Shown: positions 54,414 through 63,674, numbered from the stretch's first letter. The stretch is DNA of 64,000 nt from Chlamydiota bacterium (GCA_012729785.1 JAAYCL010000042.1:29743-93742); one strand, 5' to 3'. Program-made: numbers and translations. The notes: generated by a model from the sequence alone, not told the origin.

Positions 54414-54914
54414 ATGAGTACGGCGAGGACCGGATCGAAAAAGGCGAACAAGAGGCCGGCGAAGGGGGGGAAGGCGGCGGCGAAAACGCGCCGGCCCGCG
54501 GCGCCCCCGCGGCGGGCGAAGTCGCCCGTCACCGCGGCGTTGCGCAAGAAGCTGCGGGACGCGCTGATCGCCCAGAAGGAGCGGATCATGGGGAACTTCA
54601 TGAACCTCCGCAAGACGCACCTTCGCAGCTCGCAGCGCGAATCGACCGGGGATCTGTCCGGCTACTCGCTGCACATGGCCGACATCGGCACCGACACCTT
54701 CGACCGCGAGTTCGCCCTGACCGTCGCCTCGAGCGAGCAGGACGTCCTGTACCGGATCGACCAGGCGCTCAGGCGGATGGAGGAGAAGCAGTACGGCCTC
54801 TGCGAGTCGTGCGGCCGCGCCATCAAGCTCGCGCGCTTGAAGGCGATGCCGTGGGCGCGCCTCTGCCTCCCGTGCAAGCAGAAGGAGGAGAAGGGCGTCG
54901 AGGAGGAGTCCTGA
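54414..54914 (+). CDS. TraR/DksA family transcription factor
   Basis: Coiled-coil tip HMADIGTD; CESC..RLKAMPWARLCLPC zinc finger; basic N-terminal tail. Confidence 0.9.
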   Translation: MSTARTGSKKANKRPAKGGKAAAKTRRPAAPPRRAKSPVTAALRKKLRDALIAQKERIMGNFMNLRKTHLRSSQRESTGDLSGYSLHMADIGTDTFDREFALTVASSEQDVLYRIDQALRRMEEKQYGLCESCGRAIKLARLKAMPWARLCLPCKQKEEKGVEEES

Positions 54915-55412
54915 ATGGCGACCGCCCTCGCCGCCGCCCTGGTCCTGGCGGCGGACCAGCTGACCAAACTCTGGGTGCGGAGCGCCTTCCTCGAGGAAGA
55001 GGTGGCGGTGGTCGTCCGCGGGTTCCTCAACCTCACCTACGTGCGCAACCGCGGCGGCGCATTCGGGATATTCCCGCACCAGCAGGCGCTCTTCATCGTG
55101 CTGTCGTTCGCGACCATCGCCGTCCTCGTCTGGTTCCACCGAAGCATCGGGGCGCACCACCGCCTCTGCAAAATCGCCCTCGGGATGATCCTCGGAGGGG
55201 CGGTCGGCAACCTCGCGGACCGGCTCCTGGTGGACCGCGAGCGGTGCGTGATCGACTGGATCGACGTCCACTGGGGCGCGTACCACTGGCCCGCGTTCAA
55301 CGTCGCCGACAGCGCGATCAGCGTCGGCGTCGTCCTGCTCCTGTACTACCTGATGCTCAACGCCGAAACCAAACCCGCGCGGGGCGCGCCGGCGCCGCCG
55401 CCTGGGGGGTGA
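54915..55412 (+). CDS. lspA: Lipoprotein signal peptidase II
   Basis: DQLTK, NRGGAFG, GAVGNLADR, IDWI, FNVAD. Confidence 0.95.
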   Translation: MATALAAALVLAADQLTKLWVRSAFLEEEVAVVVRGFLNLTYVRNRGGAFGIFPHQQALFIVLSFATIAVLVWFHRSIGAHHRLCKIALGMILGGAVGNLADRLLVDRERCVIDWIDVHWGAYHWPAFNVADSAISVGVVLLLYYLMLNAETKPARGAPAPPPGG

Positions 55413-55433
55413 GGCGGCGGAAAGGGAGTGCGC

Positions 55434-56249
55434 ATGCGTCCGGTCCTGTTCAGCGTCGGCCCCCTGACCGTCTACTGGTACGGGGTCTTCGTCGCCCTGG
55501 CGTTCCTCGCCGCTCTCGCCACCGCCGCGGGGCGGCTGAAACGGTACGGCTGGCGGCCGGAGATCGCCTACGACATCGGCATCTACGCCCTGCTGGCCGC
55601 GATCGCTGGATCGCGCCTCCTCTACATCCTCGAGGACCCGCGGGAGTTCCTCTCCTCCCCGCTGGAGATCTTCAAGGTCTGGAAGGGGGGGCTCTCGTTC
55701 CTCGGCGGCCTCGCCGGCGCCGTCCTGGCCGGCGCCGTCTACCTCCGCCTCCACCGGCTTCCGGTGCTCGCGGGGTTCGATCTCCTCGTCCCCTCCGTGG
55801 CGCTCGGGCACGCGGTGGGGCGCATCGGCTGCTTCCTGAACGGCTGCTGTTTCGGCGCGGCGTCCGGCGTGCCGTGGGCGGTCGTCTTCCCGGACGGGAG
55901 CGCGGCGCACGCGTACCAGCTCCGCGAGGCGGGGCTCCTGCCGCCGGGGAGCGCGTGGAGCATCCCGGTCCACCCCGTCCAGATCTACGAGTCGCTCGCG
56001 GAGATCGGGATCTTCGTCGCGCTCTCGTGCTGCCTCCCGCGCAGCCGGTTCCGCGGCGAGATCTTCCTCCTGTACCTGTTTCTCTACGGGATCGCCCGGT
56101 TCGTCCTCGAGGAGTTTCGCGCCGACACCCCCGCGATCCTCGCCGTGGGCCGGTCGGCCCTGAGCCTGCCGCAGCTGACGGGACTCGGGATGGCGCTGGT
56201 CTCCGCGGCGCTGATCCTCGCCGCGGGGCGGCGGCGCCAGGGGGCGTGA
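55434..56249 (+). CDS. lgt: Prolipoprotein diacylglyceryl transferase
   Basis: WYG, GSRLLY, GGLSFLGG, GRIGCFLNGCC, HPVQIYE, EEFRAD. Confidence 0.93.
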   Translation: MRPVLFSVGPLTVYWYGVFVALAFLAALATAAGRLKRYGWRPEIAYDIGIYALLAAIAGSRLLYILEDPREFLSSPLEIFKVWKGGLSFLGGLAGAVLAGAVYLRLHRLPVLAGFDLLVPSVALGHAVGRIGCFLNGCCFGAASGVPWAVVFPDGSAAHAYQLREAGLLPPGSAWSIPVHPVQIYESLAEIGIFVALSCCLPRSRFRGEIFLLYLFLYGIARFVLEEFRADTPAILAVGRSALSLPQLTGLGMALVSAALILAAGRRRQGA

Positions 56250-56258
56250 GCGGGGACG

Positions 56259-57209
56259 ATGGACACCGCGACGCGGTTCGAGACAGACGCCGGGGGCGGC
56301 GGGGCGCGCCTCGACAGGTTCCTGGCGGAACGGATGGAGGGGGTGTCCCGCGCCGCGGTGCAGCGGCTGATCGCGGACCGGCGCGTCCTCGTGAACGGGA
56401 AGGCCGTCAAGGCGCACCAGCGCCTTCGACCGGGCGATCGGGTCGAGGTCTGCGTGCCGCCGCCCCGGCCGACGGGCATCCAAGCGGAGCCGGTCCCGCT
56501 CTCCGTCCTGTACGAGGACGACGATCTCCTCGTGGTGGACAAGCCGGCGGGGATGATCGTCCACCCGGCGGGGCGCATCGTCTCGGGGACGCTCGTCAAC
56601 GCGCTCCTCGCCCGGTGCCCGGACCTGTCCGGGATCGGCGGCGCCCTGAAGCCGGGGATCGTGCACCGGCTTGACAAGGGCACGAGCGGCTGCATCGTCG
56701 TCGCCAAGGGCGACGAGGCGCACCGGCTGATCGCCGCCCAGTTCGCGCGCCGCGAGGTGTACAAGGAGTATCTCGCCGTCGTGCGCGGGGCCCCCCCTGC
56801 GAAACGGGGGATCGTCGAGGGATTGATCGCGCGGCACCCGGTGGAGCGGAAACGGATGGCGGTACGGAAGGACCGCGGCCGCCTCTCGGTCACCCGCTAC
56901 GAGGTGCGGGAGCGGTTCGACGGATTCTCGCTCGTCTCGCTGCTGCCGGGCACGGGGAGGACGCACCAGATCCGGGTTCACATGGCGCACCTCGGCTGCC
57001 CGCTGCTCGGCGACACGCTCTACGGCGGACGGGGGGCGAAGCGGAGGGAGGGGCCGGAGGCGGAGCGGCCGATGCTCCACGCGCGGCGCCTCGGCTTCAG
57101 GCACCCGCGCACCGGGGCGGAGGTGCGGGTCGAGGCGCCCGTCCCCGAGGATTTGTTGCGGGTCCTCGCGGCGCTGCGGGCGAAAACCGAATCCACCACG
57201 AGAGAGTAG
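56259..57209 (+). CDS. rluD: RluA-family pseudouridine synthase with S4 domain
   Basis: RLDRFL S4 domain, DKPAGMIVHP, HRLDKGTSG, TGRTHQIRVH. Confidence 0.9.
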   Translation: MDTATRFETDAGGGGARLDRFLAERMEGVSRAAVQRLIADRRVLVNGKAVKAHQRLRPGDRVEVCVPPPRPTGIQAEPVPLSVLYEDDDLLVVDKPAGMIVHPAGRIVSGTLVNALLARCPDLSGIGGALKPGIVHRLDKGTSGCIVVAKGDEAHRLIAAQFARREVYKEYLAVVRGAPPAKRGIVEGLIARHPVERKRMAVRKDRGRLSVTRYEVRERFDGFSLVSLLPGTGRTHQIRVHMAHLGCPLLGDTLYGGRGAKRREGPEAERPMLHARRLGFRHPRTGAEVRVEAPVPEDLLRVLAALRAKTESTTRE

Positions 57210-57213
57210 AAAC

Positions 57214-58209
57214 GTGAGACGGGCAGCCGTTCCTCTGTATCCGCTCAGGTTCGAGCCGATCTGCAAGGAGAAGGTCTGGGGCGGGCGGCGCATCGAGGGC
57301 GTCTACGGGCGCCCCCTGGCGCCGGGCGCCCGCGTCGGGGAGTCGTGGGAGATCGCCGACCATGGGGGGGACGTGAGCCGCGTGGCGGAGGGGCCGCTGG
57401 CGGGCCGTTCCCTGCGGGAGCTCGTCGCGGAGGATCCCGAACGGATCCTCGGCGAAGCGCTCGCCGCCCGCCGCTTCGACCGGTTCCCGCTGCTCTTCAA
57501 GCTCCTCGACGCCTCGGCGCACCTCTCCGTCCAGGTCCACCCGCCGGACGGCTACGCGGCGGGGCACGAGCGCGGCGAGTGGGGGAAGACGGAACTCTGG
57601 TACGTCGCGGCCGCGGAGCGGGGGGCGGCGCTGCTCTGCGGGCTCCGGCCGGGGCTGGGGCGGGAAGAGTTGACGCGGGCGCTCGCGGAGGGCCGCGTCG
57701 ACGGGTGCCTCAGGCGGATCGCGGTGAAGCCGGGAGACGCGCTCTTCGTGCCGGCGGGGATGGTGCACGCCGTCTGCGCGGGCGTCCTCCTGTTCGAGAT
57801 CGAGGAGAACTCGGACGTCACCTACCGGCTCTTCGACTGGGGGCGCGCGGGGCGGCCGTTGCACCTGGCCAAGGCGCTCGAGGTCGTCGACTTCGACCTC
57901 CGCCTCGATCCGCTGGTCTGCGCCCGGTGGGAGGAGGGGGACGGTTTCCGCGCCGCGCCCCTCGCCCGCTGCCGCCACTTCGCCGCGACCGTCTGCGAGG
58001 TGCGGGGGCGGATCTCCTCCTCCTGCGCGGGGGAGCGGTTCCGGGTGCTCGCCGTCGCCTCGGGGCGCGGGCTCCTGCGCCACGGGGGCCCATGCGGCGA
58101 AGTCGTCCTCCGCGGCGGCGACCATCTCCTGCTCCCGGCGGCGCTGGGCGACTACACGGTGGAGGCGGAAGGGGCGGGGATGGTCCTGCTCCAGACGGAG
58201 GTTCCATAG
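57214..58209 (+). CDS. manA: Type I phosphomannose isomerase
   Basis: EKVWGG, FPLLFKLLDA..LSVQVHP, GKTELWY, HA, EIEENSDVTYRLFDW. Confidence 0.88.
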   Translation: MRRAAVPLYPLRFEPICKEKVWGGRRIEGVYGRPLAPGARVGESWEIADHGGDVSRVAEGPLAGRSLRELVAEDPERILGEALAARRFDRFPLLFKLLDASAHLSVQVHPPDGYAAGHERGEWGKTELWYVAAAERGAALLCGLRPGLGREELTRALAEGRVDGCLRRIAVKPGDALFVPAGMVHAVCAGVLLFEIEENSDVTYRLFDWGRAGRPLHLAKALEVVDFDLRLDPLVCARWEEGDGFRAAPLARCRHFAATVCEVRGRISSSCAGERFRVLAVASGRGLLRHGGPCGEVVLRGGDHLLLPAALGDYTVEAEGAGMVLLQTEVP

Positions 58210-58212
58210 CGC

Positions 58213-59088
58213 ATGAAGAGCATGACCGGCTACGGCGAGGGGACGGCGAGAGGTCCGTTCGGACGCTGCAGCGTCCAGATCCAGAGCGTCAACGGGAGGT
58301 ACTTCAAGCTCACGGCGAACATCCCGCGGGAGATCGCCCCGTTCGAGCCGAGGATACGCAGCTATCTGCAGGAGCGGACCGGCCGGGGCCAGGTCACCGC
58401 CTACGTGATCTTCACCCCCCCCGAGGGGAGCACGGAACGCGTGGTGATCGACCGGCGCGCCTGCCGGGAGCTGGCCGCGCAGCTCAGGAACGTGGGCGCG
58501 TGGCTCCGTCTCGAGGGGGGGCTCGATCTCTCCACGCTCGTCGCCACGGGAGCGGTCGTCCGCACCGAGATGGCGAATCTCGCGCGGCGCCCGGTCTGGG
58601 GGCTCGTCCGCCGCGCCCTCGCCGTCGCCTGCGACGACCTCGCGCGGAGCCAGGAGCGCGAGGGGAGCCGGCTGGCGGGCGATTTCGTCAGGCGCTGGAG
58701 ACGGGTGGACTCGTTGATCGCCCGGATCGACGCCCTCCGCGCGCAGAGCACGCGGCGCTACGAGGAGAAGATCCGCAGGAAGGTGCGCACGGTGCTCGAG
58801 GGCGCCTCGTACGACGAGGCGCGGCTGCTCGCCGAGGTGAGCCTTTACGCCGACAAGGTGGACATCACGGAGGAGATCGTGCGCCTGCGGAGCCACATGA
58901 AGAGCTTCCGCGCGCTCCTCGCCGCGAACGGGGAGGTCGGCAAGAAGCTGGACTTCACGATGCAGGAGATCCAGCGCGAGGTGAACACCTCGGCGAACAA
59001 GGCCAACGACGCGCGCATCTCGACCTTCGCCATCAAGATCAAGGCGGAGCTGGAGAAGATCCGGGAACAGCTCCAGAACATCCAGTAG
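58213..59088 (+). CDS. yicC: YicC/YloC family endoribonuclease
   Basis: MKSMTGYG, SVNGRY, DITEEIVRL, GKKLDFTMQEIQREVNT, EKIREQLQN. Confidence 0.92.
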   Translation: MKSMTGYGEGTARGPFGRCSVQIQSVNGRYFKLTANIPREIAPFEPRIRSYLQERTGRGQVTAYVIFTPPEGSTERVVIDRRACRELAAQLRNVGAWLRLEGGLDLSTLVATGAVVRTEMANLARRPVWGLVRRALAVACDDLARSQEREGSRLAGDFVRRWRRVDSLIARIDALRAQSTRRYEEKIRRKVRTVLEGASYDEARLLAEVSLYADKVDITEEIVRLRSHMKSFRALLAANGEVGKKLDFTMQEIQREVNTSANKANDARISTFAIKIKAELEKIREQLQNIQ

Positions 59089-59134
59089 CGCCGCCGGGCG
59101 TTTCCGGTTGCCAGTTTCCCGGGAGTAAGGTTTA

Positions 59135-59755
59135 ATGATGCGAGGATCCATGCGCACCGGCATACTGTTCGTCATCACCGCCCCGTCGGGGGCCGGCAAG
59201 ACCACGCTGCTCGACCTTCTCCTGAAGGAGGTCCCGCTCCTCGACTACTCGGTCTCCGTCACCACCCGCGGCCCGCGGCGCGGCGAGGTGGACGGCAAGG
59301 CGTACCATTTCACGACCCGGGTCAGATTCGAGGAGCTGCTCGCCGCCGGCGAGTTCCTCGAACACGCCCTCGTCTACGACAACTACTACGGCACGCGGAG
59401 GAGCGTGATAGACAAGACGCTGGCGGCGGGGCGGGACGTCATCCTCGACATAGACGTCCGCGGCGCGCTCCAGGTGATGGAGAAGGACTGCCCGGCGGTC
59501 TTCATCTACATCCTCCCCCCCTCGATGCGGGAGCTCGAACGCCGGCTGCGGGGGAGGGCGACCGACGCGGAGGAGGTCATCCAGAAACGCCTTTCGCTCG
59601 CCCGCGAGGAGATGGGCTACGCGGGGCGGTACGACTACGTCGTCGTGAACGACCAACTCGACACGGCGTGCGGGGAGCTGAAGGCGGTCATCGCCGCGGA
59701 GCGCCTGCGCGCGGCCCGCAACGCGAAGCTGATCGAAAGGATACGCACGGGATGA
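59135..59755 (+). CDS. gmk: Guanylate kinase (alternative start 59150)
   Basis: APSGAGKTT, SVTTRGPRRGEVDG, NYYGT, LDIDVRG, YDYVVVND. Confidence 0.95.
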   Translation: MMRGSMRTGILFVITAPSGAGKTTLLDLLLKEVPLLDYSVSVTTRGPRRGEVDGKAYHFTTRVRFEELLAAGEFLEHALVYDNYYGTRRSVIDKTLAAGRDVILDIDVRGALQVMEKDCPAVFIYILPPSMRELERRLRGRATDAEEVIQKRLSLAREEMGYAGRYDYVVVNDQLDTACGELKAVIAAERLRAARNAKLIERIRTG

Positions 59756-60318
59756 AGAAGCCCAACGCCGCCCGCCCGCCGTTGTCGGGCAGGAAGGTCC
59801 TCGTCGGGGTATGCGGGGGGATCGCCGCGTACAAGGCGTGCGAGCTCGTGCGCCGGCTGACGAAGGCCGGCGCCGAGGTGCGGGTCGTGATGACCCGGGC
59901 CGCGCGCGAGTTCGTCGCGCCGCTCACCTTCAGGACGCTCTCGCGCGCCCCCGTGGTGTCGGAGCTCTTCGACTCGCCCCCCGAGTTCGACCCGGTCCAT
60001 ATCAGTCTCGCCGAATGGGCCGACGTCGTGCTGATCGCCCCGGCGACCGCCAACGTCATAGGGAAGATCGCCTGCGGCATCGCCGACGACCTCCTCTCCT
60101 GCACCGTCATGGCCGCACGCCCGCCGGTCGTCGTCGCCCCGGCGATGAACGAGGCGATGTGGCGCAGCGCCGCCGTCCGCCGGAACGTGGCGCTCCTGAA
60201 ACGCCGCGGCTTCCTGATCGTCGGCCCGGAGGAGGGGCGCCTCGCCTGCGGCAGCGAGGGGCCGGGGAGGCTCGCGGAGGTCGACGAGCTGTACAAGGCG
60301 GTCGAGAGGCTGGTGTGA
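59752..60318 (+). CDS. coaC: Phosphopantothenoylcysteine decarboxylase (stand-alone CoaC)
   Basis: GVCGGIAAYK, HISLAEWAD, APATAN, APAMN, LACG. Confidence 0.9.
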   Translation: MKKPNAARPPLSGRKVLVGVCGGIAAYKACELVRRLTKAGAEVRVVMTRAAREFVAPLTFRTLSRAPVVSELFDSPPEFDPVHISLAEWADVVLIAPATANVIGKIACGIADDLLSCTVMAARPPVVVAPAMNEAMWRSAAVRRNVALLKRRGFLIVGPEEGRLACGSEGPGRLAEVDELYKAVERLV

Positions 60319-60319
60319 G

Positions 60320-60997
60320 GTGACCGTCCGTTTCCTCGTCACCGCGGGCCCCACCCGCGAGTACCTCGACCCGGTTCGCTTCATCTCCAACCCATCCAGC
60401 GGGAGGATGGGCTACGCGGTCGCGGAGGCGGCGCTCCGGGCGGGGGGGCGCGTCACCCTGGTGAGCGGCCCGGTCGCGCTCGTCCCCCCCGCGGGGGTTC
60501 GTCTCATCGAGGTCGAGACGGCGGAGGAGATGCGCCGGGCGGTGCGGGACGAGGCGGCCGGCGCCGACGTGGTCGTGATGGCGGCCGCGGTGGCGGACTA
60601 CCGCCCCGCCCGGCGTTCCCGCCGCAAGTTGAAGAAGGGGCCGTCCTCCCTCTCCGTGCGGATGGTGAGGACGCCCGACATCCTCGCCGAGCTGGGGCGG
60701 AGGCGGGGAAAGGCGCTGCTGGTCGGGTTCGCGGCGGAGACGGGGGACCCGGCCCGGGAGGCGGCGCGGAAGCTCGCGCAGAAGGGCCTCGACCTCGTCA
60801 TCGGGAACGACGTTTCGCGGCGCGGTTCGGGATTCGGCAGCGGTTTCAACGAGGCCGTGTTCGTCGGCCGAAACGGGGAGTGCGAACGGCTTCCGCGGAT
60901 GCGGAAGGAGCGGCTGGCGCGGCTGATCGTGCGCCGCTGTCTCGCCCTGCGGGGCTCTGGTGCCGGAGGCCGGACTCGAACCGGCACGCCCGCCTGA
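60320..60997 (+). CDS. coaB: Phosphopantothenate-cysteine ligase (stand-alone CoaB)
   Basis: VTAGPTREYLDPVRFISNPSSGRMG, AAAVADY, VGFAAET, KLAQKGLD. Confidence 0.9.
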   Translation: MTVRFLVTAGPTREYLDPVRFISNPSSGRMGYAVAEAALRAGGRVTLVSGPVALVPPAGVRLIEVETAEEMRRAVRDEAAGADVVVMAAAVADYRPARRSRRKLKKGPSSLSVRMVRTPDILAELGRRRGKALLVGFAAETGDPAREAARKLAQKGLDLVIGNDVSRRGSGFGSGFNEAVFVGRNGECERLPRMRKERLARLIVRRCLALRGSGAGGRTRTGTPA

Positions 60998-61049
60998 AGC
61001 GGACTCGGGATTTTAAGTCCCGTATGTCTGCCAATTCCATCACTCCGGC
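60958..61049 (-). tRNA. tRNA-Leu (anticodon TAA)
   Basis: GCCGGAG acceptor stem, CGGGA-CTTAAAA-TCCCG anticodon arm, long variable arm, GGTTCGAGTCC, encoded CCA. Confidence 0.95.
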
Positions 61050-61113
61050 GCCCGCAGCCGGGGGCATTATCGCATCACCGGGTCGGTTTTCCAAGCGACA
61101 AGGGGAGAGACAC

Positions 61114-62235
61114 ATGGAACGGGTTGACGTCACCATCGTGGGCGCGGGCGTCGTCGGGCTCGCGATCGCCGCGGAGCTCGCCGAAGAGGGGCTCGACTCC
61201 GCGGTCGTCGAGCGCCACGACTCCTTCGGGAGGGAGTGCAGCAGCCGCAACAGCGAGGTCGTCCACGCCGGCATCTACTACCCGCGGGGTTCGCGCAAGG
61301 CCTCCCTCTGCGTGGAGGGGCGCCGGGAGCTCTACCGGCTCCTCGAGGAGCGCGGGATCCCGTTCCGGAAAACGGGCAAGCTCATCGTCGCGTGGGACCG
61401 GTCGCAGGTGCCGACACTCGAAAAGCTCAAGGCGCAGGGCGACCAGAACGGGGTCGAGGGGCTCCGCCTTCTCGGCCGGGCGGAGACGGCGGCGCTCGAG
61501 CCCGACATCCGCGCCGAGGCGGGGCTCCTGTCGCCGGAGACGGGGATATTCGACACGCACCGTTTCATGGCCTTTCTCGAGAAGAAGGCGTCGCGGCGGG
61601 CGACGATCGCCTACCGGTGCGAGGCCGTCGGCATCGCGAAGGAGCCGGGCGGCTACACGGTGCGCGTCCGGGACGCCGACGGCGAGGAGTACCGGTTCGA
61701 GAGCCGCCTGGTCGTCAACGCCGCGGGCCTCGGCGCCGCGCGCGTCGCCGAGATGGCGGGCATCGACACCGCCGCCGCCGGCTACACGATCAGCCCGTGC
61801 AAGGGGGAGTATTTCAGTCTCGGGCGCGGGAAGGGGAGGGGGCTCCGGCACCTGATCTACCCGCCCCCCACAGATATCAGTCTCGGGGTGCACACCGTGC
61901 TCGACCTGCAGGGCGGGGTGAAGCTGGGCCCGAACGCGTTCTACGTCAACGACGATTCAGACTACGCGGTGGACGAGGGGCACCGCAGGGAGTTCTTCCT
62001 CGGGGCGCGGGAATACCTGCCGTTCATCGAGGAGGAAGACCTCTCGCCCGACATGGCCGGGATACGGCCGAAGCTCTACCGGACCGGCGAACCGCAGCGG
62101 GACTTCGTGATCCGGGAGGAGGCGGACAAGGGGCTCGAGGGATTCATCAACCTGCTGGGGCTGGAGTCGCCCGCCCTCACCGCGTCGCTGGCCATAGGGC
62201 GGCTGGTGGGGCGGATGGTGAAGGCGGCCGGGTGA
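61114..62235 (+). CDS. FAD-dependent oxidoreductase, L-2-hydroxyglutarate oxidase (LhgO) family
   Basis: IVGAGVVG, SSRNSEVVHAGIYY, NAAGL, KGEYF, GIRPKL, GLESPALTAS. Confidence 0.85.
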   Translation: MERVDVTIVGAGVVGLAIAAELAEEGLDSAVVERHDSFGRECSSRNSEVVHAGIYYPRGSRKASLCVEGRRELYRLLEERGIPFRKTGKLIVAWDRSQVPTLEKLKAQGDQNGVEGLRLLGRAETAALEPDIRAEAGLLSPETGIFDTHRFMAFLEKKASRRATIAYRCEAVGIAKEPGGYTVRVRDADGEEYRFESRLVVNAAGLGAARVAEMAGIDTAAAGYTISPCKGEYFSLGRGKGRGLRHLIYPPPTDISLGVHTVLDLQGGVKLGPNAFYVNDDSDYAVDEGHRREFFLGAREYLPFIEEEDLSPDMAGIRPKLYRTGEPQRDFVIREEADKGLEGFINLLGLESPALTASLAIGRLVGRMVKAAG

Positions 62236-62250
62236 GGCGAACGCCCCCGG

Positions 62251-62469
62251 TCACTTGACGAACGAAGGGGAGACCACGTCGTCCGGCGCCTCTCGGAGCA
62301 TCGACCCGGCGGTCTCCGGCACCACCAGTTCGTCCCCGAAGGGGGCCGACGGCCCTGTTCTGAACGCGGGTATCCTCGGCGCCGCGGCCTGCGGGACGCA
62401 GCCGGCGGAGACGGCGGCCGCGACGGTCGCGAGGAAAAGCCGCGGCCTTGAGATGCGGAACTGCTTCAT
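62251..62469 (-). CDS. Small putative lipoprotein (72 aa)
   Basis: Basic N-terminus, hydrophobic core, VSAGC lipobox; GGGGGG upstream of ATG. Confidence 0.45.
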   Translation of the reverse strand: MKQFRISRPRLFLATVAAAVSAGCVPQAAAPRIPAFRTGPSAPFGDELVVPETAGSMLREAPDDVVSPSFVK

Positions 62470-62502
62470 TGGCGAACGCCCCCCGGTGTCTGCGAGAGAA
62501 GA

Positions 62503-62578
62503 TGGAGGCGGCGGTCGGAGTTGAACCGACGAATAGAGGTTTTGCAGACCTCCGCCTTAGCCACTTGGCTACGCCGCC
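62503..62578 (-). tRNA. tRNA-Cys (anticodon GCA)
   Basis: GGCGGCG acceptor stem, GAGGT-CTGCAAA-ACCTC anticodon arm, GGTTCAACTCC, U73 discriminator, CCA. Confidence 0.96.
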
Positions 62579-62665
62579 GCTATTCTCGACACGTAGGGTA
62601 GCACAGCTGCCCGCCGCGCCGCAACAGTATCCGCACCGCCGGGCCGCATTTGCCGCATTTGGCGG

Positions 62666-62694
62666 TTGACGCCCGGCACGCGGGATGGTAGAGT
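62666..62694 (+). promoter_or_regulatory. sigma70 promoter of rplM-rpsI
   Basis: TTGACG-17-TAGAGT. Confidence 0.7.
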
Positions 62695-62725
62695 CCGTCT
62701 CCGCACTCAATGGGAGGAATCGCGG

Positions 62726-63154
62726 GTGAAGACCTATATGGCCCGGACGGGCGAGATTTCCAGGAAATGGCACCTGATCGACGCCGACGGGCAGGTGCTC
62801 GGACGGATGGCCACGAGGATCGCCGATCTCCTGCGCGGCAAGGGGAAGGCGGAGTTCACCCCCCACGTGGACACGGGGGATTTCGTGGTCGTGATCAATG
62901 CGGCGAAGGTGAAGCTCACGGGCAAGAAGGATCTCCAGAAGACCTACACCCGCTACTCGGGCTACCCAGGCGGGCTCAAGACGATACCGGTGGCGCGGGT
63001 CCGCGAGCGGCACCCGGAGCGGCTTGTCGAACACGCGGTGGCCGGGATGATGCCCAAGAACAAGCTCGGGCGCGCCCTGCTTTCGAAACTCAAGGTCTAC
63101 GCGGGGTCCGAGCATCCGCACGCGGCGCAGAAGCCCGCCGCGGCGGCGCGGTGA
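62726..63154 (+). CDS. rplM: 50S ribosomal protein L13
   Basis: [45 protein letters not shown]. Confidence 0.97.
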   Translation: MKTYMARTGEISRKWHLIDADGQVLGRMATRIADLLRGKGKAEFTPHVDTGDFVVVINAAKVKLTGKKDLQKTYTRYSGYPGGLKTIPVARVRERHPERLVEHAVAGMMPKNKLGRALLSKLKVYAGSEHPHAAQKPAAAAR

Positions 63155-63177
63155 CCGAGCGTTCCACGGAGGGGAAG

Positions 63178-63576
63178 ATGACGGTGCAGCACGCGGCGGT
63201 GAGAACCACCGGGAGACGGAAGACGGCGGTTGCGACGGTGCGGCTCGCGCCGGGCACCGGGCTGATGACGGTGAACGGCGTCCCGATCGAGCGCTACTTC
63301 CGGACCGAGGAGATGCGGGTGATCGTGGCGCAGCCGCTCACGGTCACGAAAACGAAGGAGAAGTACGACGTCACCGCCGTCGTCAAGGGCGGCGGGCTGA
63401 TGGGGCAGGTGGGGGCGCTTCGGCACGGGCTCGCGCGCGCGATCTCCCGCCACGACGAGACGATGCGCCAGAGCCTCAAGCAGGCGGGACTCCTCACGCG
63501 CGATCCCCGCGCGAAGGAGAGGAAGAAGTACGGACGCCCGGGGGCGCGGAAGAGATTCCAGTTCTCCAAGCGCTGA
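63178..63576 (+). CDS. rpsI: 30S ribosomal protein S9
   Basis: [38 protein letters not shown]. Confidence 0.97.
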   Translation: MTVQHAAVRTTGRRKTAVATVRLAPGTGLMTVNGVPIERYFRTEEMRVIVAQPLTVTKTKEKYDVTAVVKGGGLMGQVGALRHGLARAISRHDETMRQSLKQAGLLTRDPRAKERKKYGRPGARKRFQFSKR

Positions 63577-63600
63577 GCGGATGCGGGGCGAACACGCACG

Positions 63601-63634
63601 GGGCAGGGCCGGACGCCGGCGCCTGCCCCGTTTG
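63601..63634 (+). terminator. Possible terminator hairpin after rpsI
   Basis: GGGCAGG-GCCGG-ACG-CCGGC-G-CCTGCCC stem followed by a T-rich stretch. Confidence 0.45.
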
Positions 63635-63646
63635 TCACTGTTTTCA

Positions 63647-63674
63647 TTGACACCGGGTGCGGCGATACTATAAT
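63647..63674 (+). promoter_or_regulatory. Consensus sigma70 promoter of argC
   Basis: TTGACA-16-TATAAT. Confidence 0.8.

Noticed and set aside
63631-63650. ARG box upstream of argC
   Set aside because: The T-rich stretch does not match the TGAATAATTATTCA-type palindrome well enough.
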